DNA from: an uncultured Actinomycetota bacterium
GTDB lineage: Bacteria; Actinomycetota; Acidimicrobiia; Acidimicrobiales; Bog-793
DNA: 64,000 nt
Direction of reading: 5' to 3'
Assembly: GCA_963735115.1 (NCBI GenBank)
Contig: CAVTJR010000003.1
Coordinates: forward strand, 1,032,641-1,096,640
In this document: positions 35,077-45,179 of the stretch, piece after piece
Position numbering within the stretch: the stretch's first letter is position 1
Layout of the letters: every line of letters begins with the position of its first letter
The notes under the pieces: model-generated
What the model was told of the DNA's origin: nothing
Database searches by the model: none
What the model saw: only the letters and a program-made list of their open reading frames with translations
Translations under genes and position numbers: made by a program

Positions 35077-37788
35077 GTGGCCCGTATGATCACCCCTCCG
35101 GCGGCTCTTCCGAGAGCAGCCAAGGCAGTACTGGCGGTGACGATGGCCGCAGGACTGCTCTGCGGCGTCTTCGTCGCCGTGCACTTCGGGCGCCAAGGCT
35201 TCAGTTCCCCAGCCGTGTGGCTCGTGCTCTCCAGCCTCGTGCTGGCGAGCTGGGTGTGGCCGATCGTGATGTACTCGGACGGCTCGTCTCAAGCGCACCA
35301 CCTCGACGAGGGTTTCTTCGTCGTCCTCGTGCTCGTCTCGTCGCCCATAGCGACAATTAGTGCCTTCCTGCTGGCGACCGTTCTGGCACAGATGATCCGC
35401 CGACGTGCGGCCGTCAAGACCGCCTTCAACCTCGCTCAGATCACGATCTCGGTCAGCGCCGGGCTCGCCGTCGTCCACCTCCTGGCGCCGCCGGGGGGTC
35501 ACCTGGGTGTGCCACAACTGGCCGCCGCCCTCCTCGGCGCCCTTGTCTACTTCCTCGTCAACTCGCTGGCGCTCGCTGTCATACTCGCTGCCACCGGCGC
35601 TGAGCGTTTGTGGTCGGCCCTGTTCGACGGCATCCAGATCCGGGCGCTGCTGCTCGCAGCGTCGGTGTCACTCGGCCTCGTCGCTGCCCTGGCGCTGAAC
35701 GCTTATCCGTGGTCCGCCTTCTTCGTGGTGCTGCCCTTCCTCGTCTTCCGTCAGGCGATCGCCGGCCACTACCAGGCGCGCCACGACCGCAGCCGGTTGC
35801 TCGGGCTCTTCGAAGCCACCCTGAAGGTGCATGGCGCCATGGGGTCGGGCGACGTCAGGTCCTCGCTGTCTAACGCCGCCTCGAGGTTGCTCCGCAGTCC
35901 GGAGGCGGCCGTACTGCTGACGAGACCCGGTGAGGGTGCCATGGCGGCGCCCATGACCGTCGACGACTCGCAATACTGGCTGACGGTCAGTGGACGCAGC
36001 CGGAGCGAGCCCTTCGACGACGCCGACGAGGCCCTCCTCGGGGCTCTGGCCGCCGTCGGTAGCGGCGCCCTCGCCAACTCCTCGCTCTACGAGGAGCGCC
36101 GTCGCGACCACGAACGGTTAGCGGCCATCACCGCCAGCCTGGCCGAGGGGGTGTGCGCATTCGACGATCAAGCTCACGTCACGTTCTTGAACCGGGCGGC
36201 CGAACAACTTCTCGGCTGGAGCGAGCGCGAGCTCACCACGCTGGACCTGTCAGGGTGCGACCTCGCCATTCTCGCCAGCACCGCTCGTCGCTGCATGCAG
36301 GAAAACGAGGTCATCCAGGGCGAGCAAGCCACGTTCCGTCGACGGAAGGGCGAGAACTTCCCCGTCGAGGTGACCTGCTCACCGATCCGGTCGGGCCAGG
36401 ACGTGGCAGGGGCGGTGCTGACCTTCCGTGACATCTCGCAGCGGGTGCTGCTCGAGTATCACGCCTTCCACGACTCGCTGACGGGTCTGCCGAACCGGCG
36501 CATCTTCCTCGACCGTTTGCAGCACGCCTTGAAGCGGGCGGATCGAACGGGTGAGGTTCACGCCGTCCTGTTCGCCGACATCGACCGGTTCAAGATGACC
36601 AACGACAGCCTCGGTCACCAGACGGGCGACGAGCTGTTGGTCGTCATCGCCGACCGACTCCGGCAGATCACCCGTGATGGTGACACTCTCGCCCGCTTCG
36701 GCGGCGACGAGTTCACCCTGCTCCTCGAGAACGTCGAGAGCCCGGAGGCCGCAGAAGCAACGGCGCTGCGGATGCTCGACGCCGTACGTGCCCCGATCAC
36801 CCTCGCCGGCGGGCGGACCATCACAGCCAGTGTCAGCATCGGCATCGCGATGGCGACCGACCACTCCACGCCGGACGACGTGCTGCACGACGCCGACGTC
36901 GCCATGTATCAGGCCAAGCGCCTCGGAGCCGGTCGCTATGAGCGCTTCGATGCCGCCGCCATGGTGAAGCGGTCGGCGGAATGGCTCGACCTCGAGATCG
37001 GGCTTCGCCGAGCCGTCGAGCAGCACGAGCTGGTTGTTCACTACCAGCCCGTGGTCGCCACGGAGAACGGGCGGATCGTGGGAGCCGAAGCCCTCGTCCG
37101 TTGGAACCATCCCGAGCTGGGGACGCTGTCGCCCGCCCACTTCATCAGGATGGCCGAGGAGACCGGGCTGATCCTCGGCGTGGGCCGCACCGTGCTCGAG
37201 GAGGCCTGCCGACAGTCGAGGGAATGGGTCACCGAGCACGACGTGCCGTTCACGGTTGCCGTCAATCTGTCCGCCCGCCAATTCCAGCAGCCCGACCAGG
37301 TCAACGAGATCCGCTCCGTGCTCGAGGTCACCGGGCTGCACCCTTCACAGTTGTGCCTCGAGATCACCGAGAGCCTGGCCATGGCCGACATCGATCACAC
37401 CATCCGCACCCTGACGGACTTGAAGTCACTCGGGGTGCGTCTTGCCATCGACGACTTCGGCACCGGTTACTCCTCGCTCAACTACCTCAAGCTCCTGCCG
37501 GTCGACTTCGTCAAGTTGGACCGGGCCTTCGTGCAGGACCTCGAGAGCGACCCCGTGGACGTCGCCATCGTCTCGGCGGTCATGGAGCTCGCTCGCGCCG
37601 TCGGGATGACCGTCGTCGCCGAGGGAGTCGAGACGGCCGGCCAACTGGCGCGCCTGTCGATGATGGGCTGCCCGCTCGTCCAGGGCTACTACCTTGCCCG
37701 TCCCATGAAGAACGACGCCTTCACGGGTCTCCTCCGCCATCAAAGCGATCAGGAGTCCGCCGCCTACCCCAGTTCGATGGCGAGCTGA
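35077..37788 (+). CDS. Membrane-bound PAS-GGDEF-EAL protein (diguanylate cyclase/phosphodiesterase)
   Basis: The start is GTG 35077 or ATG 35086, just after the protease stop at 35069. The N-terminus is polytopic. Motifs: a PAS-like segment, RFGGDEFTLLL, EALVRW, DDFGTGYSSLNYL. Confidence 0.9.
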   Translation: MARMITPPAALPRAAKAVLAVTMAAGLLCGVFVAVHFGRQGFSSPAVWLVLSSLVLASWVWPIVMYSDGSSQAHHLDEGFFVVLVLVSSPIATISAFLLATVLAQMIRRRAAVKTAFNLAQITISVSAGLAVVHLLAPPGGHLGVPQLAAALLGALVYFLVNSLALAVILAATGAERLWSALFDGIQIRALLLAASVSLGLVAALALNAYPWSAFFVVLPFLVFRQAIAGHYQARHDRSRLLGLFEATLKVHGAMGSGDVRSSLSNAASRLLRSPEAAVLLTRPGEGAMAAPMTVDDSQYWLTVSGRSRSEPFDDADEALLGALAAVGSGALANSSLYEERRRDHERLAAITASLAEGVCAFDDQAHVTFLNRAAEQLLGWSERELTTLDLSGCDLAILASTARRCMQENEVIQGEQATFRRRKGENFPVEVTCSPIRSGQDVAGAVLTFRDISQRVLLEYHAFHDSLTGLPNRRIFLDRLQHALKRADRTGEVHAVLFADIDRFKMTNDSLGHQTGDELLVVIADRLRQITRDGDTLARFGGDEFTLLLENVESPEAAEATALRMLDAVRAPITLAGGRTITASVSIGIAMATDHSTPDDVLHDADVAMYQAKRLGAGRYERFDAAAMVKRSAEWLDLEIGLRRAVEQHELVVHYQPVVATENGRIVGAEALVRWNHPELGTLSPAHFIRMAEETGLILGVGRTVLEEACRQSREWVTEHDVPFTVAVNLSARQFQQPDQVNEIRSVLEVTGLHPSQLCLEITESLAMADIDHTIRTLTDLKSLGVRLAIDDFGTGYSSLNYLKLLPVDFVKLDRAFVQDLESDPVDVAIVSAVMELARAVGMTVVAEGVETAGQLARLSMMGCPLVQGYYLARPMKNDAFTGLLRHQSDQESAAYPSSMAS

Positions 37789-37900
37789 CCGGATCGTCTT
37801 CTCGCACCGTCCCGGGGCCCCGAAACGCCGTGCAGGCGCAGGCGCGCGCCCGACCGTCGGAGACTCCCGAGTACGCTCGCGCAGGTCGAAGGGCGGGTAG

Positions 37901-38380
37901 ATGAGTAAGAAAGGCCTGATCGTAGAACGGTCGGTCTCGGTGCGCGCGGGTGGCCGGGCTGGGCTCGGCTGGGTGGACATCTGCTGGTCAGCCTTTCTCG
38001 TGCTCCTCGTCTCCTTCCCGACCATGACCGTCGAGGAGGACTGGCATGGGAGTCCGATGATCGATCAGCCCGGTCACCTCTGGATCGCCGCCGCCGTCCT
38101 CGTCTCGTTGGCATTCCTGGCAGGAGGAGCCTTGATCGGCTATCGCCGACCGTACGATGCGGCCAGGCACGGCGCCGCTGTGGGAGCGGTTTCGGTGGCC
38201 GTATTGCTCGTGGGCGCTCTGGCGCGCAGGTATGTGCTCGAACACGGCTACCTACCCCATGCCGTTGTAGCGCTTTGGGGCATCGGGACGGTCGGGTCCC
38301 TCGCCCTCTGCGTGATGGGCTCGCAGATCGGCCGTCGCCTCGCGCCCGCCCACGCTCCGGATCTTCCGAAGGAGATCTGA
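37901..38380 (+). CDS. Small membrane protein (about 4 TM)
   Basis: 159-aa ORF with four hydrophobic segments. Confidence 0.5.
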   Translation: MSKKGLIVERSVSVRAGGRAGLGWVDICWSAFLVLLVSFPTMTVEEDWHGSPMIDQPGHLWIAAAVLVSLAFLAGGALIGYRRPYDAARHGAAVGAVSVAVLLVGALARRYVLEHGYLPHAVVALWGIGTVGSLALCVMGSQIGRRLAPAHAPDLPKEI

Positions 38381-38814
38381 CCGCTCGCGTCGCCGTTCTT
38401 CTGAGTTCGCCGCCCCTATGGGACGTAACGCTTTCGAAAAGACCGCCCGCCCGCTGTACACCAACAGGCAGCGCCGCTCACCCTCGGCGAATCGGTGAAT
38501 GCGGTCGATGGGCGACCGCCTCGTTATTGACGAGAAGTGACGGGATAATCCGGAAATAACTCCTGAGCGGGTTCTTTGAGGGGTGCGGTCGTCAACGGCC
38601 CCTCTACCAGGTGGTTCACGCGGGACGAGGACAGCCTGCGACGGTGCGAATACTGAGTGAACAGGGAGTGTCAAACGCGTTGCGGTCGGCAATGTGCTCC
38701 CGATGGAAGACCTCGTGTCGCAGATGAACGCGCAGACGGCTCGGGAGGTTCTCGAGCACTACGGTTCGATTGCAAAGCTCGATCGCGATCGGACATTCAG
38801 CTAGGGTCGCCGAG

Positions 38815-40482
38815 ATGCCAACCGCTCGAAGCAATCGCGCTCGCCTGGCTGTCGCCCTGTCCGCCGCCGCCCTGGCGAGCGGAGCAGGGATCTTCGCCCT
38901 GCAGGCCTCGTCGCTCGGTGAACCCGGGGCCGCCGGTGCGCTCGCGCAGGCGGCTTCCTTCACGCGATCGGTGGCGGCGCCCCGCGGCCACGGCATCCCG
39001 ATCCACGTCTGCGGCAACTCGAGCATTCTCAACGGCCCGGCCGTGAAGCCGCGCCGGGCCGTCCGCGTGCCGGCCGGCAGGGACGATGCAGGCAGGTACG
39101 AACGGGCGCACACGACCTACTGGTTCGCTCCTGGCATCCACACCCTCGGGACCAGCCGGTACAGCCAGATCATCCCCAAGGACGACAGCACCTACATCGG
39201 GGCGCCCGGCGCCATCTTGAGCGGCCAGGGCACGAACGAAGTCGCCTTCGACCAGATGGCAACGGGCGTGACGATCGAGAACCTGACAATTGAGGATTTC
39301 ACGCCTCCGGGAAATGCCGGAGCCGTCAACACGTCCTCCATGAGCCACTGGAGGATCCTGCGCGACACGCTGCAGGACAACTCGCCCGGGACGGCCCTCT
39401 ACCTCGGCACGAAAGACGTCGTTGAGTACGACTGCCTGACCCAGAACGGTCAGGCCGCCTTCGGTACCTACACCTCGATCGACACGAACCCGATCACCCA
39501 CGGAGCCTCCGACATCACGTTCTCCCACAACGAGGTCAGCTACAACGACACGTGCAACTGGGAGGACATCTCGCCTGACCCGGTGCCGCCCGCCCTCCGC
39601 CCGGGCAACTGCGCGGGAGCCGGCTTCACTGGCTGCGGTTGCTCCGGTGGTGGGAAGTTCTGGGAGGTGGACGGCGCCACCGTGGACGGGAATTACGTCC
39701 ACGACAACTACGACGTCGGGCTGTGGGCGGACGACAACAACACCGGTCTGACCATCGACGGCAACTACATCGCCAACAACTGGAACGAAGGGATCGAGTA
39801 CGAGGTCTCCTACAACGCACGCATCGACGACAACACCTTCGTCGACAACGGCTGGGGCTACGGGCCGCGGAACCCTGGCTTCCCCACGGGCGCCATCTAT
39901 GTCTCGGAATCGGGCGGCGACAAGCGAGTGCCGGGAGCCAACTCAGGTGTGTTCCAGATCAAAGGCAATACCTTCACGAACAACTGGTCCGGCGTCGTGT
40001 TGTGGGAGGACTCCGATCGCTTCTGTGGAGACGGGCTGGAGATCAACCCGACGGGTGCCTGCACCCTCGTCGACCCGTCGGTGGCGAACCTCTCGACCTG
40101 CAATGAGGAGCACCTGGCGGGTGCGACCCCGAACCAGACGCCGGACTACTACGACCTGTGCCGATGGAAGACCCAGAACGTCACGGTCTCGGACAACACC
40201 TTCAACTTCACGGCGGCGGACATTCCCGGCTGCCGGGGTGCTGCCAACGGCTGCGGCATGAACGCCATCTTCTCCGAGTACGGGGTCTCGCCGAGCTGGT
40301 CTCCCTACAAAGGAGACGTCATCGACGTGGCGATCACGAAGCACCAGCACAACCTGTTCTCGCACAACAGGTACTTCGGCCCGTGGTCGTTCATGTATCA
40401 CGATCAGTCGGGTGTCGTGCATTTCTCCGTTTGGCATGGCAGAGACCACCAAGACCTGAGAAGCACCATCTCAGGCTCGTAA
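38815..40482 (+). CDS. Secreted right-handed parallel beta-helix repeat protein (pectate-lyase/C5-epimerase-like fold), paralog A
   Basis: The signal is MPTARSNRARLAVALSAAALASGAGIFALQA. Repeated N/D-rich beta-helix turns occur (VHDNYDVGLWADDNNTGLTIDGNYIANNWNEGIEYE..., DNTFVDNGWG). It is highly similar to 59649-61100 on the minus strand. Confidence 0.8.
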   Translation: MPTARSNRARLAVALSAAALASGAGIFALQASSLGEPGAAGALAQAASFTRSVAAPRGHGIPIHVCGNSSILNGPAVKPRRAVRVPAGRDDAGRYERAHTTYWFAPGIHTLGTSRYSQIIPKDDSTYIGAPGAILSGQGTNEVAFDQMATGVTIENLTIEDFTPPGNAGAVNTSSMSHWRILRDTLQDNSPGTALYLGTKDVVEYDCLTQNGQAAFGTYTSIDTNPITHGASDITFSHNEVSYNDTCNWEDISPDPVPPALRPGNCAGAGFTGCGCSGGGKFWEVDGATVDGNYVHDNYDVGLWADDNNTGLTIDGNYIANNWNEGIEYEVSYNARIDDNTFVDNGWGYGPRNPGFPTGAIYVSESGGDKRVPGANSGVFQIKGNTFTNNWSGVVLWEDSDRFCGDGLEINPTGACTLVDPSVANLSTCNEEHLAGATPNQTPDYYDLCRWKTQNVTVSDNTFNFTAADIPGCRGAANGCGMNAIFSEYGVSPSWSPYKGDVIDVAITKHQHNLFSHNRYFGPWSFMYHDQSGVVHFSVWHGRDHQDLRSTISGS

Positions 40483-40611
40483 TCTCACGGCCAGCTGGGC
40501 CTGGGCGGTTTTCGCGACCCCGGTAAGTCTCGCCTATGCTTCGACGTGTTCAACTCGGTGCGGGGACACAGACGTGTCAGTCGAGTCGCGGAAGCTCAGG
40601 AGTTCCAGCAA

Positions 40612-41919
40612 GTGAAAATCGCAGTCTTCGGTCTCGGTTACGTCGGTACAGTGACCGCGGCATGTCTTGCTGCTCGCGGCCACGACGTGTGGGGCGTCGA
40701 CATCGACGATCACAAGGTGGCGATGATCAGCGACGGGCGGACGCCGGTGTTGGAGCCCGGCCTGGGTGAGCTCGTCGCCGACGCGGTCGCACGTGGTGCG
40801 CTCCACGCGACGGTGAGCGTCGCCGATGCACTTGCCGGTGCTCAGATCTCTCTCGTATGCGTTGGCACCCCGTCTGCTCCAAGTGGCGGCACCGACCTGA
40901 GCTTCGTGGAGCGGGCAACGGAGGAGATCGCCCAGGCCCTGGCGGCCTCACCGGACCCTTCGGTGATGCACGCCGTCGTCGTACGGTCCACGGTCCCCCC
41001 CGGCACGGTCGACGACGTCGTGGCACCGGTGCTGGCGGCGAGCGGCGCCCGCGTCGGGACGGCGATGTGCCCGGAGTTCCTGCGTGAGGGCTCCGGGGTG
41101 GCCGACTTCTTCGACCCACCCTTCACGGTTGTGGGTACCTCCGACCCGGCAGTCGCTGAGCTCCTTTCGTCGCTTTTCCGGTTTCTCGACCAGCCAGTGC
41201 GGGTCGTGGCCGTGCGAACGGCGGAGTCGGTCAAGTACGCCTGCAATGCCTTCCACGCCACCAAAGTCGCTTTTGCGAACGAGATGGGTCGCGTGCTGCG
41301 ACCCCTCGGAATCGACTCGCGAGAGGTCATGGCGCTGTTCTGCGAGGACCACCGCTTGAACATCTCGCCGAGCTACTTGCGTCCCGGCTTCGCCTTCGGT
41401 GGGCCGTGCCTGCCGAAGGATCTGCGGTCGCTGCTGCATCTGGCGAGAATGAACAGCGTCGACTTGCCGCTTCTGTCCGGGACCTTGTCCTCGAACGAGC
41501 TCGTCCTCGCCGATGTCGTGAACCGCATCACGGCCGAGGACGGCATGACGGTTGCGATGCTCGGCCTCAGCTTCAAGATGTCGAGCGACGACCTGCGGGA
41601 GAGCCCGAGCGTACGCCTCGCCGAGACCCTCTTCGGCAAGGGCTACAACATCCGGATCCACGACCCGGTCGTCAAGCCTTCCCAGTTGATCGGGACCAAC
41701 CGCCGCTACGTCGAGTCGAGGCTTCCCCATCTGCAGCATCTCTTGGCAGACAGCCCGGCGGAGGCGCTCGAGGGGGCCGATACGGCAGTCGTCTCCTCCT
41801 CCGACGAGACGGTCATCGCCGCCCTCATCGCCGCCCGCCCGACGCGCATCCTGGATCTCACCGGCGGCCTCGGGCGCACGGTTGAGTCCCTGCCCGGTTA
41901 CGAGGGTGTGGGATGGTAG
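40612..41919 (+). CDS. Nucleotide-sugar 6-dehydrogenase (GDP-mannose 6-dehydrogenase AlgD-like or UDP-glucose dehydrogenase)
   Basis: The GTG at 40612 follows AGGAG. The Rossmann motif is KIAVFGLGYVGTVTAACLAARGHDV. The catalytic region is PGFAFGGPCLPKDLRSL. The length is about 435 aa. Confidence 0.85.
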   Translation: MKIAVFGLGYVGTVTAACLAARGHDVWGVDIDDHKVAMISDGRTPVLEPGLGELVADAVARGALHATVSVADALAGAQISLVCVGTPSAPSGGTDLSFVERATEEIAQALAASPDPSVMHAVVVRSTVPPGTVDDVVAPVLAASGARVGTAMCPEFLREGSGVADFFDPPFTVVGTSDPAVAELLSSLFRFLDQPVRVVAVRTAESVKYACNAFHATKVAFANEMGRVLRPLGIDSREVMALFCEDHRLNISPSYLRPGFAFGGPCLPKDLRSLLHLARMNSVDLPLLSGTLSSNELVLADVVNRITAEDGMTVAMLGLSFKMSSDDLRESPSVRLAETLFGKGYNIRIHDPVVKPSQLIGTNRRYVESRLPHLQHLLADSPAEALEGADTAVVSSSDETVIAALIAARPTRILDLTGGLGRTVESLPGYEGVGW

Positions 41920-41938
41920 AGCCGCTCCGCTTGATCGG

Positions 41939-43183
41939 GTGAAGCGCCCCGTGTCTCGCCCCAAGCACGTAGTGATCATCGTCCAGAACCTGCCGGTCCC
42001 CTTCGATCGGCGCGTCTGGCTCGAATGTCAGGCCCTGCAGGGGGCGGGCTTCGACGTCTCGGTCGTCTGCCCGAAGGGCCCGGGCGACCCGGCATTCGAA
42101 GTGCTGAAGGGCGTTGCCCTCTACAAATACCGCCAGTACGCCGGCCGCGGGGGAGCGGTGGGGTACCTGCTCGAGTACGCCTACTCCTTCGCAGCGACGG
42201 CGGCTCTCGTCCTGCGAGCGGGGCGCCGAAAGCGCATCGACGCGCTGCAGGCCTGCAACCCGCCGGACATCTTCTGGCCCCTCGGCCTCGTCCTGCGCTT
42301 GCTCGGTGGCCGCTACGTGTTCGATCATCACGACCTGTGCCCTGAGCTCTTCGAGTCGAGGTTCCCGGACGGGAGCCGGCTCCACTACTGGGGGCTGCGA
42401 GTGCTCGAGTGGTGCACGTTCCACACGGCCGATCGAGTCATCTCCACGAACGCCTCCTACCGCGAGATCGCCCTCGCGCGCGGTGGGAAGCGACCCGAGG
42501 ACGTGACGATCGTCAGGACCGGACCCGACGCCGGGCGCCTTCAGCGCTCCGAGCCAGACCCGGGGCTGCGGCGGGACCGGCGCTTCCTCGTCGCCTACAT
42601 CGGTGTGATGGGCCCGCAGGACGGCGTCGACGTGGTCGTGGAGGCGGCAGCCAAGATCGTGCACGACTGGGGGAGAAAGGACATCAGCTTCGCCATGATG
42701 GGTTCGGGGGACTGTTTCGACGAGCTCGTGGCCTTGCGGGACAGCCTCGATCTGGGCGAGTTCGTGGACTTCATGGGCAGGGTGCCCGATGACGTCGTCA
42801 CCCGCGTCTTGTCGACGGCCGACGTCGGGCTTTCGCCGGATCGCAAGAACCCCCTCAACGACCTCTCGACGATGAACAAGACCATGGAATACATGGCCTT
42901 CTCCCTCCCTACGGTCGCATTCGACCTGCGGGAGACCCGAGTCTCGGCGGGGCGCGCCGCCGTCTACGCCGAGCCGAACGAGGTGGAGAGCTTCGCCAAG
43001 GTTCTCGTCGATCTGCTCGACGACGAGCCCCGCCGGCGGTCGATGGGGACCTTTGCCCGAGGGCGAGTCGAAGACGAATTGGCCTGGACCCATCAACGTG
43101 ACGCCTACGTCGGGGTGTACGAGACGCTGCTCGACCGGTCGCGCCGCCCCGACGTGCCGGCGTCCTCATCGCGGCGCGGCTGA
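41939..43183 (+). CDS. Glycosyltransferase family 4 (WbuB-like)
   Basis: HVVIIVQNLPVPFDRRVWLECQALQGAGFDVSVVCPKG is an N-terminus typical of this GT4 subgroup. The start codon is uncertain (GTG 41939). Confidence 0.8.
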   Translation: MKRPVSRPKHVVIIVQNLPVPFDRRVWLECQALQGAGFDVSVVCPKGPGDPAFEVLKGVALYKYRQYAGRGGAVGYLLEYAYSFAATAALVLRAGRRKRIDALQACNPPDIFWPLGLVLRLLGGRYVFDHHDLCPELFESRFPDGSRLHYWGLRVLEWCTFHTADRVISTNASYREIALARGGKRPEDVTIVRTGPDAGRLQRSEPDPGLRRDRRFLVAYIGVMGPQDGVDVVVEAAAKIVHDWGRKDISFAMMGSGDCFDELVALRDSLDLGEFVDFMGRVPDDVVTRVLSTADVGLSPDRKNPLNDLSTMNKTMEYMAFSLPTVAFDLRETRVSAGRAAVYAEPNEVESFAKVLVDLLDDEPRRRSMGTFARGRVEDELAWTHQRDAYVGVYETLLDRSRRPDVPASSSRRG

Positions 43184-43186
43184 GCG

Positions 43187-45097
43187 ATGTGCGGGATCGC
43201 CGGCTGCTATCAACAGCCTGACGGGGTGTGGCTCGCCAAAGTCATGAGCGAGCGGATCGCCCACCGCGGCCCCGACGCCGAGGGTCTCCACTCCTTCAGG
43301 GATGAGCGAGTCACGGTGCAGCTCGCGCACCGCAGACTCGCCATCATCGATCTGACGGCGGCCGCAGACCAGCCTTTTGCCAAGGACGGCCTCGTGCTGG
43401 CCTACAACGGCGAGTTGTACAACTACCGTGAGATCCGCGCCGAGCTCGCCAGCTCGGGTGTTCATTTCGTCACTGCCTCTGACACCGAGGTCGTGCTCGA
43501 GGCGTGGCGCCGGTGGGGGTGGGAGGCGCTGGGGCGCTTTCGCGGGATGTTCGCCTTCGCCCTCCTCAACGAGGCCACCGGCCAGCTGTTCCTCGCCCGT
43601 GACCAGCTCGGGATCAAGCCGCTCTACCTGATGCGACGGGGCGACGGCGTGGTCTTCTCCTCGGAGCTGAAAGGGTTGGTGTCCGCTCTCGGGGGCGAGC
43701 TCCGGGTCGATCCGTCCGCCTTGGTGGCATCGGTGTTGTACTACTGGGTGCCGGACCAGCGCTGTGCCCTGAGCGGTGTCCAGAAGCTGCCTCCGGGATC
43801 CTTCGCCGAGGTCTCCCTCGACGGGCGCGTCCGCATCCAGAGCTACTGGGACATCGCCGCAGTTGCGGCGGAGGCGGCCGCCGGACCGCAGGCCGATCTC
43901 GGCTCCGTCATCGAGGACTCCGTGACGGCTCACCTCGTCGCCGATGTGCCCGTCTCGAGCTTTTTGAGCGGCGGGCTCGACTCGAGCATCATCACGGTGC
44001 TGGCAAAACGGGCGAACTCGGACGTCGACGCCTACACGATCGGCTTCAGGCCCGAGGACAACCGGCTCGAGGCCATGCCGGACGATCTCACCTACGCCCG
44101 CAAGGTCGGCGCCAAGTTCGGGATCACCATCCACGAGATCGAGATCGCCCCCGACGTCGCCGATCTGCTCCCCCGTATCGTCGACGTACTCGACGAGCCG
44201 ATCGGAGACCCGGCGGCCATCAACACGTTCCTCATGTGTGAGGCCGCCCGCGATGCCGGAGTGAAGGTGCTGCTGTCCGGCATGGGCGCCGACGAGCTCT
44301 TCGGCGGCTATCGCAAGCAGCTGGCCTGCGTCGTAGCTGCCCGTTACCAGCGGCTACCCCCGCTGCTCCGCCATGGAGTCGTGCATCCGGTCGTCGATCG
44401 ATTGCCTGTCACCGCCTTCGGGCGCGGCCTTCGCTACGCCCGGTGGTCCAAGCGGTTTCTCACCTTTGCCGAGCTGCCCGAAGAGGAGGCGTTCCGGCGC
44501 AGCTACACCCTGTACGACCTTCCGGAGCTGGAGGAGCTGCTCAGCCCGGAGCTGAGCGCGCACGTGCGCGACCTGGCGGCCGAGCACCGCCAGATCTATG
44601 AGGACAACACGCTTGGCGATCACGTCAACCGGATGTGCCTCGCCGATGCCCGCCTGTTCCTTCCCGGCCTCAACCTCGCCTACACGGATCGGGCGAGCAT
44701 GGCGGCTTCGACTGAGGTGCGCGTTCCCTTCGTCGATCCTGAGGTCGTGCGGGCGGCGTTTTCCTTCAGCGGCAGGGAGAAGATCGCCCGGCGGGAGGGC
44801 AAGCTCTCGCTGAAGAAGGCGGCCGAGGCCTGGCTGCCCGACGAGATCATCCACCGGCCGAAAGCGTCCTTCAGCGCACCCCTGCGTGCATGGATGGCTC
44901 ACGACCTGCGTCCCATGGTCGATGACATGCTCCTGTCGGGCGAGCTGGTCTCATCCGGTTTCCTGAATCGGTCCGCCCTCGATCGGCTCGTCGCCGACGA
45001 TCGCTCGGGGCGCGAAGACCGGTCGAAGCAGTTGTGGCAGCTGCTGTCGATGGAGCTGTGGATACGGAACATCGGCGCCCACGGCGTCGCCACTTGA
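43187..45097 (+). CDS. Asparagine synthase (glutamine-hydrolysing)-like amidotransferase
   Basis: The Ntn Cys is in MCGIAGCY. The PP-loop is SFLSGGLDSS. 636 aa. Confidence 0.9.
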   Translation: MCGIAGCYQQPDGVWLAKVMSERIAHRGPDAEGLHSFRDERVTVQLAHRRLAIIDLTAAADQPFAKDGLVLAYNGELYNYREIRAELASSGVHFVTASDTEVVLEAWRRWGWEALGRFRGMFAFALLNEATGQLFLARDQLGIKPLYLMRRGDGVVFSSELKGLVSALGGELRVDPSALVASVLYYWVPDQRCALSGVQKLPPGSFAEVSLDGRVRIQSYWDIAAVAAEAAAGPQADLGSVIEDSVTAHLVADVPVSSFLSGGLDSSIITVLAKRANSDVDAYTIGFRPEDNRLEAMPDDLTYARKVGAKFGITIHEIEIAPDVADLLPRIVDVLDEPIGDPAAINTFLMCEAARDAGVKVLLSGMGADELFGGYRKQLACVVAARYQRLPPLLRHGVVHPVVDRLPVTAFGRGLRYARWSKRFLTFAELPEEEAFRRSYTLYDLPELEELLSPELSAHVRDLAAEHRQIYEDNTLGDHVNRMCLADARLFLPGLNLAYTDRASMAASTEVRVPFVDPEVVRAAFSFSGREKIARREGKLSLKKAAEAWLPDEIIHRPKASFSAPLRAWMAHDLRPMVDDMLLSGELVSSGFLNRSALDRLVADDRSGREDRSKQLWQLLSMELWIRNIGAHGVAT

Positions 45098-45179
45098 CGG
45101 TCCCGCAGCCAGCCCCCCGGCGATCTCGCCTGACTGGGGTCGGCGCGCTTCGACCCGAAACGATCTCGGAAGGAAGCAG

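Noticed and set aside
33822-35123. 433-aa ORF antisense to the S8 protease with VPGR(S/A) repeats
   Set aside because: It is a shadow ORF. Its repeats are simply the reverse-complement reading of the AAWNG array, while the sense strand carries a complete S8 catalytic triad.
38381-38814. Possible c-di-GMP riboswitch or other leader element upstream of beta-helix paralog A, prompted by the nearby GGDEF-EAL gene
   Set aside because: I could not find GEMM-like conserved segments or convincing nested helices by eye. It needs a covariance-model scan (Rfam) before any claim.
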